DNA from: Synergistaceae bacterium
Lineage (GTDB): Bacteria > Synergistota > Synergistia > Synergistales > Aminobacteriaceae
NCBI GenBank assembly: GCA_012521675.1
Contig: JAAYLU010000015.1
Coordinates: forward strand, 4,617-68,616
Length of the DNA stretch: 64,000 nt
Direction of reading: 5' to 3'
The notes beneath the pieces are model-generated. The model did not search any database. It was not told where the DNA came from and saw only the letters and a list, made by a program, of their open reading frames with translations. Position 1 is the first letter of the stretch; each line of letters starts with the position of its first letter. Below, piece after piece: positions 16,937 to 25,511 of this stretch. Both the position numbers and the translations under genes were made by a program.

Positions 16937-18127
16937 CTAATCGACCACTAGAGGTGCAATCCCCGGAAGGCTCTTGCCCTCGCAGAACTCGAGGCTGGCC
17001 CCGCCCCCCGTGGAGACATGCGACACTCCATCCTTGAAGCCGAGCTTCCTGGCGGCGGCGGCCGTGTCCCCTCCGCCCACTATCGACACTCCTCCGCCGG
17101 AGGTGCGCTTCACGACCTCCCGGGCTACTCCTTCGGTACCGGCGGAGAAAAGCGGGTTCTCGAAGACGCCCATGGGCCCGTTCCAGAGTATCGTGCTGGC
17201 AGAGGCTATCTTCTCGTTGAAGAGGGAGACCGTCCGCGGTCCGATGTCGAGCCCCATCAGGCCGTCGGGGATCTCGTCGGCCGGCGTCGGCCCCTCCGTC
17301 CGCTCGGCATCCGGGGAGGTGCCCGCCAAGACGTCCACAGGCAGAATTATGTCGGCTCCGAGGGACTTGGCCCTTTCAAGCATTTCGCGAGCGAAGTCCA
17401 TCCTATCCTCCTCCAGCAGGGAGTTTCCTATCGAGCCTCCCATGGCCTTTATAAAGGTGAAGGCCATCCCCCCGCCTATCAGGATCGAGTTCGCCTTGTC
17501 CATCAGGTTCTCTATGACTCCGATCTTGTCCGACACCTTTGCCCCACCCAGGATGAGGACGAAGGGTCGCTTCGGATCGTGGCTCACCGCCGACAGCATC
17601 TCGACCTCCCTTTGAAGAAGAGAGCCGGAGAATGAGGGCAGTATCCCCATTATCGCGCTTGTCGAGGCGTCGGCCCTGTGAGAGGCGCTGAACGCGTCCA
17701 TGACGAAGACTTCGAAGGGCTCGGCCAGTTTCCTGGCGAAGTCCACGTCGTTCTCCTGCTCCTCCTTGTAGAAGCGAAGGTTCTCCAGCAGAAGCAGCTC
17801 GCCCTGTCCAAGGCCGTCAAGGGAAGCGGTCACGGAGGGGCCTATGCAGTCGTCGCAGAACTTCACCGGGACCTCGTACACTCTCTCCGTCTCCTCTCTT
17901 GCAAGCGAGAGGGACATCTCGGGGACCCTCTTCCCCTTGGGACGGCCAAGATGGGAACAGAGGGCCACTCTTGCTCCCCCCTTCAAAAGGTCAGACACTG
18001 TCTCCTTATGCGCCAGGATGCGTGTTGAATCGGCGACCGAACCGTCCTTCAGGGGAACGTTGAAATCAACTCGTACAAGGACTTTCTTGCCGCTGATATC
18101 GTCCTTTGTAAAGCTTCTCAGTTTCAT
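16937..18127 (-). CDS. pgk: phosphoglycerate kinase
   Basis: RVDFNVP, SHLGRPKG, GGAKVSDKI and STGGGASLE signature blocks. Confidence 0.96.
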   Translation of the reverse strand: MKLRSFTKDDISGKKVLVRVDFNVPLKDGSVADSTRILAHKETVSDLLKGGARVALCSHLGRPKGKRVPEMSLSLAREETERVYEVPVKFCDDCIGPSVTASLDGLGQGELLLLENLRFYKEEQENDVDFARKLAEPFEVFVMDAFSASHRADASTSAIMGILPSFSGSLLQREVEMLSAVSHDPKRPFVLILGGAKVSDKIGVIENLMDKANSILIGGGMAFTFIKAMGGSIGNSLLEEDRMDFAREMLERAKSLGADIILPVDVLAGTSPDAERTEGPTPADEIPDGLMGLDIGPRTVSLFNEKIASASTILWNGPMGVFENPLFSAGTEGVAREVVKRTSGGGVSIVGGGDTAAAARKLGFKDGVSHVSTGGGASLEFCEGKSLPGIAPLVVD

Positions 18128-18156
18128 CCCATTTCACCTCCGTAATGTTGAGAAGA

Positions 18157-19095
18157 TCATGATTTAGAAAAAACACGCTTGCCATGGCCCCGGGCCCCCG
18201 GTCTCGCCCGGTCGCGCCCTCCGTACGGGGAAGCTCCCACATGCTCCGCCATCTTCTTCCAACGATATTTTACCGTGCTCTTCGAGACCGGCGGGGACTG
18301 CATCCTTCCCAGCTCCCCCAATGTCGCGCTGGGATTGGAGAGGCGGGAGGAGACGAGGTCCTTCCACACGGCCGGAAAGAATTCGTACTCCGGGTGCTCA
18401 AGGGCGCACTTGGAGATCTCGATCTGGTTCGAAGAGGCCTCGAGGCTCTTCCTTATATTGGATGCATCGCAGTTGACAAGCTTGTTCGCCTGGTTTCTGA
18501 GAGAGCGGAAGATCGCGCGCTCCTCGAGGAAAAGAGTTGTCTTCATCATGTTGAAACCGGCCAGCATGTCTACGATGTTCTGCTGATCCCTGAGCATTAT
18601 CTCGAATGCCCCCTGGAAGCGCCTCCTTCCCGCCTTGATACTTTTCGTCTTCAAAGCCCTGACGGCCCTCTCCTCTATCGAGGCGTCGCGCACTCTGAAA
18701 CTAAGGTAATAGCCGGTCTTGGGCAGGTAGAGAGAGCCGCAGGCACCCCAAAGACCCTTCAACCAGCTCAGGCTCAAGGTCGTGCCAGTCCGCTCGTGAA
18801 GGTCTTCAAACAGGCGCGGCGGCATATGTAAAAAAACACGCCCCTTCATCGATCGGGGGATGCTGAGAAGAGACGCGAAGTCATACATATTTGACAAATC
18901 CGATTCCGGCCATAAAGTTCGCAGCCTTTTGAACACCCATAGTCGACCGCTAGAGCAGACTATGTCGCCTGATTTCGAAGTCCTTGCAAGTCCGTCGACA
19001 ATCCCTCCTATCTCATCGACCGCCGCAGAAGGCGCAAAGGGTGCGCCCGTCCAATCATCCCATATGTTCGCAGTCGGAGAAATGCCGCTGGCCAT
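18157..19095 (-). CDS. whiA: DNA-binding protein WhiA
   Basis: RSLRNQANKLVNCDASNIRKSLEAS and the C-terminal HTH (LGELGRM...SKSTVKYRWKKM) align with WhiA. Conserved position after yvcK. Confidence 0.85.
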   Translation of the reverse strand: MASGISPTANIWDDWTGAPFAPSAAVDEIGGIVDGLARTSKSGDIVCSSGRLWVFKRLRTLWPESDLSNMYDFASLLSIPRSMKGRVFLHMPPRLFEDLHERTGTTLSLSWLKGLWGACGSLYLPKTGYYLSFRVRDASIEERAVRALKTKSIKAGRRRFQGAFEIMLRDQQNIVDMLAGFNMMKTTLFLEERAIFRSLRNQANKLVNCDASNIRKSLEASSNQIEISKCALEHPEYEFFPAVWKDLVSSRLSNPSATLGELGRMQSPPVSKSTVKYRWKKMAEHVGASPYGGRDRARPGARGHGKRVFSKS

Positions 19096-19110
19096 GCCGC
19101 GCCACCTCCC

Positions 19111-20244
19111 TTACTCTTCATCCAGTTCCCTGCACAGACGGATGATTATTTCCGAAAGTGCCTGGCCGTTGTGACGAACGACATTTTCATCCATTATCCT
19201 GATAAAGTCACCGCTGATGATGCGGCATCCCATTCTCTCCAGCTCCCACTCTTCCTCCTCGTTCAGGTAAAGGGGCTCCGCGCCGTCCTGGCGATATCTT
19301 TCGACAAGGGGTTCGGGGATGTCCCCGTCGTTTACGAGAATATAGTCGGGCGTGGATCCCATCGCCGCGCTGACCCACCTGACGTGATCCAGAATTGAGA
19401 ACCCTTGGGTCTCAAGCGGCTGGGTCATCAAGTTTGCAATATACACCTTCGGGACGTCGCTGTCGCGGAGTTTCTCCGCCACTTTGCGGATCAGCAGGTT
19501 GGGGATGATGCTGGTAAACAGGCTGCCCGGGCCAAGGGTGATTATATCGGCCTCGTCCAACGCGATCAGGACCTCCTTCAATGGTTTCGCGTCCTTTGGC
19601 TCGAGCCATATCTTCTCGATCTCATGGCCGTGTTCGGAAATCGACAGCTCTCCTTTCACACGGGTGCCGTTCACCGTCTCCCCCACTATGCACACGGACT
19701 CGGTCGTCACGGGCAGGACCCTTCCTCTTATGGCCAGAAGGTAGTTCATCTCCTCTACCGCCCGGCGGAAATCACCGAACTGCTCGGTTATCGCAAGAAG
19801 CATCAGGTTTCCCAAGCTGTGCCCTGCCAGCCCTCCCCTGTCGAAACGAAAGTCCAGCAGGCGTTTCAGAGCATTGTCGTTCTCCGCCAGAGCCACTATG
19901 CAGTTGCGCACGTCTCCGGGAGGCAGCACTCCCCATTCGTCGCGAAGTCTTCCTGAGCTGCCCCCCTCATCGGTCACGGCTACGACCGCGACGATATTCC
20001 GCGTAAAGCTCTTCAGCCCCTTCAGAAAGGTGGACAGCCCCGTACCGCCCCCGATGGCAGCCACGAAAGGTCCCATTGAAAGCCGGTACTCTATGGCTTT
20101 CGTCAGGGGCGTCTTTCTCTCCTTTGGCCCCCGTTGAAGCATCTCCCGCACCCGTCCCGAACTTCTTATCCTGAAACAAACGACCAGGAGTCCGGCAGTG
20201 AGCAGACCCAGTGTATAACTAACCATGAGGTCCAAGGTCACCAC
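19111..20244 (-). CDS. yvcK: YvcK/CofD-like gluconeogenesis factor (UPF0052)
   Basis: AAIGGGTGLSTFLKGLK and ITLGPGSLFTSIIPNLL blocks. The N-terminal ~55 aa are an unusual hydrophobic extension, so the start is uncertain. Confidence 0.88.
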   Translation of the reverse strand: MVTLDLMVSYTLGLLTAGLLVVCFRIRSSGRVREMLQRGPKERKTPLTKAIEYRLSMGPFVAAIGGGTGLSTFLKGLKSFTRNIVAVVAVTDEGGSSGRLRDEWGVLPPGDVRNCIVALAENDNALKRLLDFRFDRGGLAGHSLGNLMLLAITEQFGDFRRAVEEMNYLLAIRGRVLPVTTESVCIVGETVNGTRVKGELSISEHGHEIEKIWLEPKDAKPLKEVLIALDEADIITLGPGSLFTSIIPNLLIRKVAEKLRDSDVPKVYIANLMTQPLETQGFSILDHVRWVSAAMGSTPDYILVNDGDIPEPLVERYRQDGAEPLYLNEEEEWELERMGCRIISGDFIRIMDENVVRHNGQALSEIIIRLCRELDEE

Positions 20245-21119
20245 CCCTGCTCCTTGTCTATATCCCTGTGCCTAAGGATGCAGCGGGCCGAGCTGCCTTC
20301 GAAGTGCGCCTTCAGCCTCTCCGCCACCGCTACGGAGCGATGCCTGCCGCCAGTGCACCCGATCCCTATGTGAAGCTGAGTCTTGCCGGAGCGAAGGTAA
20401 AGAGGAATTACGTAATCCAGAAAACCGGTAAGTCTCTCCCAGAACTGCGCAAACTCTTCCGACCCCCAGACGGCCTCCTGCACTGGCTTGTCCCTCCCCG
20501 AGAGAGGTTTCAAGACGGGATTGTAGAAGGGATTGTCCAGGAAACGGACGTCGAACATATAGTCACAGTCCGCCGGGGAACCGTGCTTGAACCCGAAGGA
20601 TGAGACTACGAGGGGGACTCCCGTTGTATTTTCAAAAAAGCGGGTGACAAGCTCCCTTCGAAGCAGGGGGAGGGAGAGAGAAGATGTATCGATGACCGTA
20701 TCGGTGTACTCCAGGACGGGCCTCAGTCTATCTCTTTCCTCCACTATGCCGTCCAGCAGGGAGCCCTCCGACTCCATCGGGTGACGCCTGCGGGTCGATT
20801 CAAACCGCCTCAGAAGGACATCGTCCTGGGCATCGAAAAAGATCGTATGCACGTTCTGGGTCTGTTTTTTTATTATCTCCAAGGCCGCAGGGAAGCCGTC
20901 CAAGAGGGAGTCCCCTCGCACATCGACTACCGCCGCAACTCCCCATCGGACCGCGGATCTGTGTTTTTCCAACAGAAACAGCAGCTGGGAGAGTAACGCG
21001 GGTGGAATATTGTCGATCGCGAACATTCCCTGGTCTTCGAGTATCTTCAAGGCCGTGGATTTTCCTGCGCCGGACATCCCGGTGATTATCACGCATCTGT
21101 TGACTCCCACGCTCTCCAT
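20238..21119 (-). CDS. rapZ: RNase adapter protein RapZ (YvcJ)
   Basis: IITGMSGAGKSTALKILEDQGMFAIDNIPP Walker A region and C-terminal GCTGGRHRSV. ATG at 21119 (MESVGVNRC...); the ORF-track start at 21239 is an extension into the upstream gene. Confidence 0.9.
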   Translation of the reverse strand: MESVGVNRCVIITGMSGAGKSTALKILEDQGMFAIDNIPPALLSQLLFLLEKHRSAVRWGVAAVVDVRGDSLLDGFPAALEIIKKQTQNVHTIFFDAQDDVLLRRFESTRRRHPMESEGSLLDGIVEERDRLRPVLEYTDTVIDTSSLSLPLLRRELVTRFFENTTGVPLVVSSFGFKHGSPADCDYMFDVRFLDNPFYNPVLKPLSGRDKPVQEAVWGSEEFAQFWERLTGFLDYVIPLYLRSGKTQLHIGIGCTGGRHRSVAVAERLKAHFEGSSARCILRHRDIDKEQGW

Positions 21120-21165
21120 CTCCACTTCGCGTCTCCTGAACTCGTTTATTTGTCGCCGGCCCGGT

Positions 21166-21984
21166 TTAGTCGGGCCTGGACCCACATTCGCCGTCCCATC
21201 CGCATAGTATCTCGATCCCGTGGCGCAGCGCCGGTGCAATGACCGCGAAACACTCCAGCACGGCCTTTTCGCTGCCCGGCATGCCCACGATAAGGGTCTT
21301 GTTCCTGGTGACGGCGCAGAGTCTGCTCAGCATGGCATTCGGCGTTATCCTCAATGACGCGCTTCTCATCGCCTCTCCGATCCCGGGCACATGCTTGTGC
21401 GCCACGGAGGACAGGGCCTCTGGAGTCACGTCTCGCTCGGAAAGACCTGTTCCGCCCGTTACCAGGACGAGGTTGAGGAGAAGAGAGTCGCTCCACTCTT
21501 TCAGGGTATCAGCAATCACGTCCATGTCGTCGGGTTTTATCGCTGTCGCCTCGACAACGGCTCCGAGCGGTACGACGGATCTCTCAAGAGCGGGGCCGGA
21601 CAGGTCGATCCTCTGCCCGAGGCTTCCCTTGTCGCTCACGGTCAGGACTCCGACCGAAATCGGCCTCAGGACCTCGGCCCTTGCGGAGACTGGAAGGAAG
21701 CCGCACCTCTCTATATTCAAGGAAGAGAGAGGTTCGCCCTCGACTATCCTGAAGAGCAGGTCGTCCCCGATGGATAAAAAGTACGAGGGCATGACTGCTC
21801 CGGAAGAAAGAACTATTCCCACGCTTCCGATGGGGAGACTCTCTCGCTGCCCGGGCACCAGCAGGTAGATTGGCAGCTCGGAGCCGTTGAAAGAGCCCTT
21901 ACCATATCGGTTGATGCTTATGTACGAGAGAGGGTGAGTGGTGATTCCATCGGCGCTTCTCTCCAAAACTTCCAGGACTCTCAC
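21166..21984 (-). CDS. mogA: MogA/MoaB-type molybdopterin adenylyltransferase with unassigned ~100-aa N-terminal domain
   Basis: The C-terminal half carries LTVSDKG...VTGGTGLSERDVTPEA...PGIGEAMR...MPGSEKA (MogA/MoaB fold). GTG at 21984 overlaps the moaC stop (GTGA). The first ~70 codons of the ORF-track model overlap moaC and are rejected. Confidence 0.8.
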   Translation of the reverse strand: MRVLEVLERSADGITTHPLSYISINRYGKGSFNGSELPIYLLVPGQRESLPIGSVGIVLSSGAVMPSYFLSIGDDLLFRIVEGEPLSSLNIERCGFLPVSARAEVLRPISVGVLTVSDKGSLGQRIDLSGPALERSVVPLGAVVEATAIKPDDMDVIADTLKEWSDSLLLNLVLVTGGTGLSERDVTPEALSSVAHKHVPGIGEAMRSASLRITPNAMLSRLCAVTRNKTLIVGMPGSEKAVLECFAVIAPALRHGIEILCGWDGECGSRPD

Positions 21985-22514
21985 TTCGGCACCTCGCTTC
22001 CGTTGATCCCCACGTCCTTGAATCTGTAGTCCCCGCTCTTCCCGCCGGTCTTCGAGAGGAGGCGCACTCCCTCTATCGTCATCCCCTTGGAGACCGCCTT
22101 GCACATGTCGTATATGGTGAGAGCGGCCACCGACACTCCCGTGAGCGCCTCCATCTCGACCCCTGTCGCATCCTTGGCGCCGACAAGGCATTTTATATGA
22201 ATGCGTTCACTCTCGCTGATGAGCTCGCAGGAGACCTTAACCAAATCGATGCGGATAGGATGACAGAGAGGGATGAGCTCCCAGGTCCTTTTCACCGCCA
22301 TTATTCCCGCCGTCTCGGCGATTCGCAGCACGTCCCCCTTTTTTGACAGGGCGCCCTCTCCGAGGACATCGCATATCGCCCGGTCCAGGAGAACCCAACC
22401 CTCGGCCTCTGCGGTCCGCTCGGTTATGGCTTTCCCTCCCACGTCCACCATGAGGGGGCGACCATGATCATCGAGATGAGACAGGGCGTCGGTCTTTCCG
22501 TCAGCCTTCAACAA
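21981..22514 (-). CDS. moaC: cyclic pyranopterin monophosphate synthase MoaC
   Basis: MVDVGGK, IPLCHP and GVEMEALTGVSVAALTIYDMCKAV blocks. TTG at 22514/22511 lies 7-10 nt after GGAGGG. Confidence 0.92.
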   Translation of the reverse strand: MLKADGKTDALSHLDDHGRPLMVDVGGKAITERTAEAEGWVLLDRAICDVLGEGALSKKGDVLRIAETAGIMAVKRTWELIPLCHPIRIDLVKVSCELISESERIHIKCLVGAKDATGVEMEALTGVSVAALTIYDMCKAVSKGMTIEGVRLLSKTGGKSGDYRFKDVGINGSEVPK

Positions 22515-22521
22515 TTGGTCT

Positions 22522-23604
22522 TCACCCTCCGATCCGCGACATGTGCCGCTCCTTCGCCGTGCAGACTGCCTCCCTGCGAGGCAGTCCCTCCCGGTCCAGG
22601 AATTCACCGGCGGGAGTAACGTCCTCGCCTCTCGGGATCCCGGTCCCCCCCTCGCACGGCTTGCTCATCGCGGCCGAGATTATCCCGGAACGCACTCCCT
22701 CCGCGTCGCGACTCCTCAACACTTCGATCAGCCGAACGCCTTCATTGCTGAAGAGACAGGGCCTTATCTCCCCCGTCGAGGTGACCCTCAAACGATTGCA
22801 GGTACGGCAAAAATGATCGGAGACGGCCGTGATAAAGCCAACTCTCTGCCCCGAGTCCCTGTTGACCAGGTACCTCGAGGGCCCTCCGGGGGCCTTGGAG
22901 GAACTTTCCTTCCCCTCTTCGATCTCCGCTGCGGGCGACCAAAGGGATGAGTCCGGCAGGCGAGACTTGATCTCCGATGCAGGGACATACTGTTTCCTCA
23001 TCCATACATCCCTGTCCAGGGGCATGAACTCAATAAAGCGCAGGATGATCCCCTTGCTCTTTGCGAACAGGACCAGGTCCGGCACCTCGTCAATATTAAA
23101 ATCCCGCATCACGACCGTGTTCAGCTTGACCGAGGCGTCCTTGATCAGTGCCGCCGCCGAGTCGATGCCCCGGAGCACTTTTTGCAGACAGCCCGTCCTG
23201 GTCATTTCCCTGAACTTATCATCGTTCAAAGTGTCGAGGCTGATGCTCAAGGACTCGAGTCCAATTGAACCCAACATTCGGGCGTCGCGTTCGAGAAAGG
23301 CCCCGTTCGTCGTCACAGCGAGAGCCATTGAGGGGAACGAAGAGCGAATCTCCCGAAGAAACGGGACGAATCCCTTTCTTACAAAGGGCTCCCCTCCCGT
23401 GAAGCGAATTCGCTTCACCCCGAGATCAGCGAGGACAGACACGAGAAAACGTATCTCCTCGTAGGTCATTATCTCCTCGTGCGGTATCCACTCTATGCCC
23501 TCCTCCGGCATGCAGTAGAGGCAGCGATAGTTGCATCGGTCGGTGACAGAGATCCTGACGTAATCAAGAACTCTCCCGTACGAGTCTTTCAAGGCTATGC
23601 CCAT
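22522..23604 (-). CDS. moaA: GTP 3',8-cyclase MoaA (radical SAM)
   Basis: CNYRCLYCMP radical-SAM cluster motif, FTGGEP, and the C-terminal second-cluster Cys motif (CRTCNRLRVTSTGEIRPC). Confidence 0.93.
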   Translation of the reverse strand: MGIALKDSYGRVLDYVRISVTDRCNYRCLYCMPEEGIEWIPHEEIMTYEEIRFLVSVLADLGVKRIRFTGGEPFVRKGFVPFLREIRSSFPSMALAVTTNGAFLERDARMLGSIGLESLSISLDTLNDDKFREMTRTGCLQKVLRGIDSAAALIKDASVKLNTVVMRDFNIDEVPDLVLFAKSKGIILRFIEFMPLDRDVWMRKQYVPASEIKSRLPDSSLWSPAAEIEEGKESSSKAPGGPSRYLVNRDSGQRVGFITAVSDHFCRTCNRLRVTSTGEIRPCLFSNEGVRLIEVLRSRDAEGVRSGIISAAMSKPCEGGTGIPRGEDVTPAGEFLDREGLPRREAVCTAKERHMSRIGG

Positions 23605-25511
23605 CTGTACCCTCCCATTTTATCGACAACGGCGCGCCACTCGGGCAGGTCCATTGCCTCCAAAAGAGAGCGAATGCCCGTGTGGTCCTCAAAGTCCATT
23701 AAGTACACCAGTTCATACGGCTCCTCCGCCACGGGAATGAAATCAAGGTCGAGGGCGTCGGCCACCGCTTTTATTCCTAGAGCTACATCAGCAAACCCGA
23801 GAGCCACCCTGTTCGCCGACTCGAAATGAGTGGGACTCAGATTATCGTAACCTCTGATAGATTCCGGACCAATCCCGGCCCCGGCCATCATGGCGTCCAA
23901 CAGGACCCTGGTCCCGGCCCCCCTCTGCCGGTTTATTATCGCAATATCGTCCCTGGCGAGGTCCTCCACTCCCCTCACCTTCTTTGGGTTGCCCTTGCCG
24001 ACGATGAACCCCTGCTCTCTGAAAAACACCGTCCTGCGCGCAACCCTCACGGAGTCATCCGGGAAAAGGCCGTCGATAAATGGTGTATTGTAAACTCCGG
24101 ACTCGGCGTGCAACAGGTGAGCGGCCGCCACGTGGCACTCCCTCCTCGACAGGGCCGCAAGCCCCGCCAGGCTCCCCACCGACCTCAGGACGAGGTCTCC
24201 GCCGCTCCTTCGCACAAAGGTCGGCAGGCGCTCCATGGCCGGGTCGTTCGAGCCCTGGAACAGGACTCTTCTGTCCCAGGGGACAGAGCGAGTCATCCAG
24301 GCGGAAACGGGGGCGCCTTTCGGAATCTCGGCGCTCTCCAAGCCAAGCAGCGCGACCGCGTCGACCTCCGCAAGCGACCAGATCGAGCTCGCGCCCGAGG
24401 GAAGAGGAAAGGCCTTTCTCTCTCCGTCGATCTCCACGCATTTCAGACGCAGCCAGTCCTCCCTGCCGGGTATGGAGGAGTAAGGCGATAAAAGACTCAC
24501 AGTCTCCCCCCTCTCGGTGCCGAGAGCCTCGCGGATGACGGATTCATCGTCGAAATCGCCATTCATGAGCAGCTGCAGAACAGGGTATACCAACGACCAT
24601 AGGACGACCGCGTTCGACATGGGAAAACCCGGCAGGTTCACCACGACGGAGTCGGACAGGATGGCCGCCGAGGCCGGCCTTCCCGGCTTCATGAGCAGCC
24701 ATCGAAAGAGCGGCCGCCCCATTTCCTCCAATATTGAGAAAGTGTGGTCTCTCTCTCCCTTCGCCGAACCGGCACCGACCAGGACGAGGTCGTACTCCTT
24801 CGTCTTCTCCTCGAGGAACGAGGAGAGCAGCACTCGGTCGTCAGGAAGACAGGGGGAGACGTCCACGGGAAGTCCCCAGCTTTTGAAGTAGCCCTCTACG
24901 ATAATTGAGTTGCTCTCTCCAATTCTGCCCGCCGGCGGAGAGGTCATGCTCAGCCACTCCTCCGTGGGTATGATCTCGTCGCCGGTGGGGACATACAGAG
25001 ACCTGGGCAATGAATGCACTTTTACCCGCGGGACCCCGGCGATGGCCAACAGGGACGCGGTCGCAGGGGTGATCGTCTCTCCGGACCGGGCTATCAGCTG
25101 CCCGCGAAAGACATCCTCTCCCACGGGACGTACATTCTCACCGCTCACCAGCGATTTTACTACCGAGAGCATCTCCCCTTCGAGGAGAGAGGCGTCCTCG
25201 CTCATCAGGACGGAGTCGAAGCACGCGGGCAGCGCGTCTCCCGTGTTTACCCAGGAGAAGCCTCCCTGCTCGATTATCACCGGGGACGATGGTGACGCCC
25301 CGGCCGTGGATGAAGCGGTGAGCGAATACCCGTCCATTGCCGAGGCATTGTAGTGAGGCACGTTTCTTTTTGACGCGACATCCTCCGCCAAGATTCGTCC
25401 CGCACTGATGATGGTCTTGCACTCCTCGTCCGGAAGCGGCTTGATGTTTTCACGAAGGATGCTCCAAGCCCTAGTGCGGGATATATGCATGTTCTCGCCT
25501 ACCAAAGCCAC
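23595..25511 (-). CDS. moeA: molybdopterin molybdenumtransferase MoeA fused to a C-terminal PBP-like (solute-binding-type) domain
   Basis: The N-terminal ~410 aa show MoeA architecture (YNASAMDGY, LVGAGSAKGERD, PGFPMS). The C-terminal ~220 aa resemble type-2 periplasmic-binding-protein-like domains (GSNDP...INRQRGAGTR...). Confidence 0.85.
   Translation of the reverse strand: MALVGENMHISRTRAWSILRENIKPLPDEECKTIISAGRILAEDVASKRNVPHYNASAMDGYSLTASSTAGASPSSPVIIEQGGFSWVNTGDALPACFDSVLMSEDASLLEGEMLSVVKSLVSGENVRPVGEDVFRGQLIARSGETITPATASLLAIAGVPRVKVHSLPRSLYVPTGDEIIPTEEWLSMTSPPAGRIGESNSIIVEGYFKSWGLPVDVSPCLPDDRVLLSSFLEEKTKEYDLVLVGAGSAKGERDHTFSILEEMGRPLFRWLLMKPGRPASAAILSDSVVVNLPGFPMSNAVVLWSLVYPVLQLLMNGDFDDESVIREALGTERGETVSLLSPYSSIPGREDWLRLKCVEIDGERKAFPLPSGASSIWSLAEVDAVALLGLESAEIPKGAPVSAWMTRSVPWDRRVLFQGSNDPAMERLPTFVRRSGGDLVLRSVGSLAGLAALSRRECHVAAAHLLHAESGVYNTPFIDGLFPDDSVRVARRTVFFREQGFIVGKGNPKKVRGVEDLARDDIAIINRQRGAGTRVLLDAMMAGAGIGPESIRGYDNLSPTHFESANRVALGFADVALGIKAVADALDLDFIPVAEEPYELVYLMDFEDHTGIRSLLEAMDLPEWRAVVDKMGGYRWA

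Noticed and set aside
21670-21984. MOSC-domain assignment for the N-terminal part of the MogA fusion
   Set aside because: The genomic context suggested it, but the conserved MOSC motifs are not visible in the translation. I left it as an unassigned domain.
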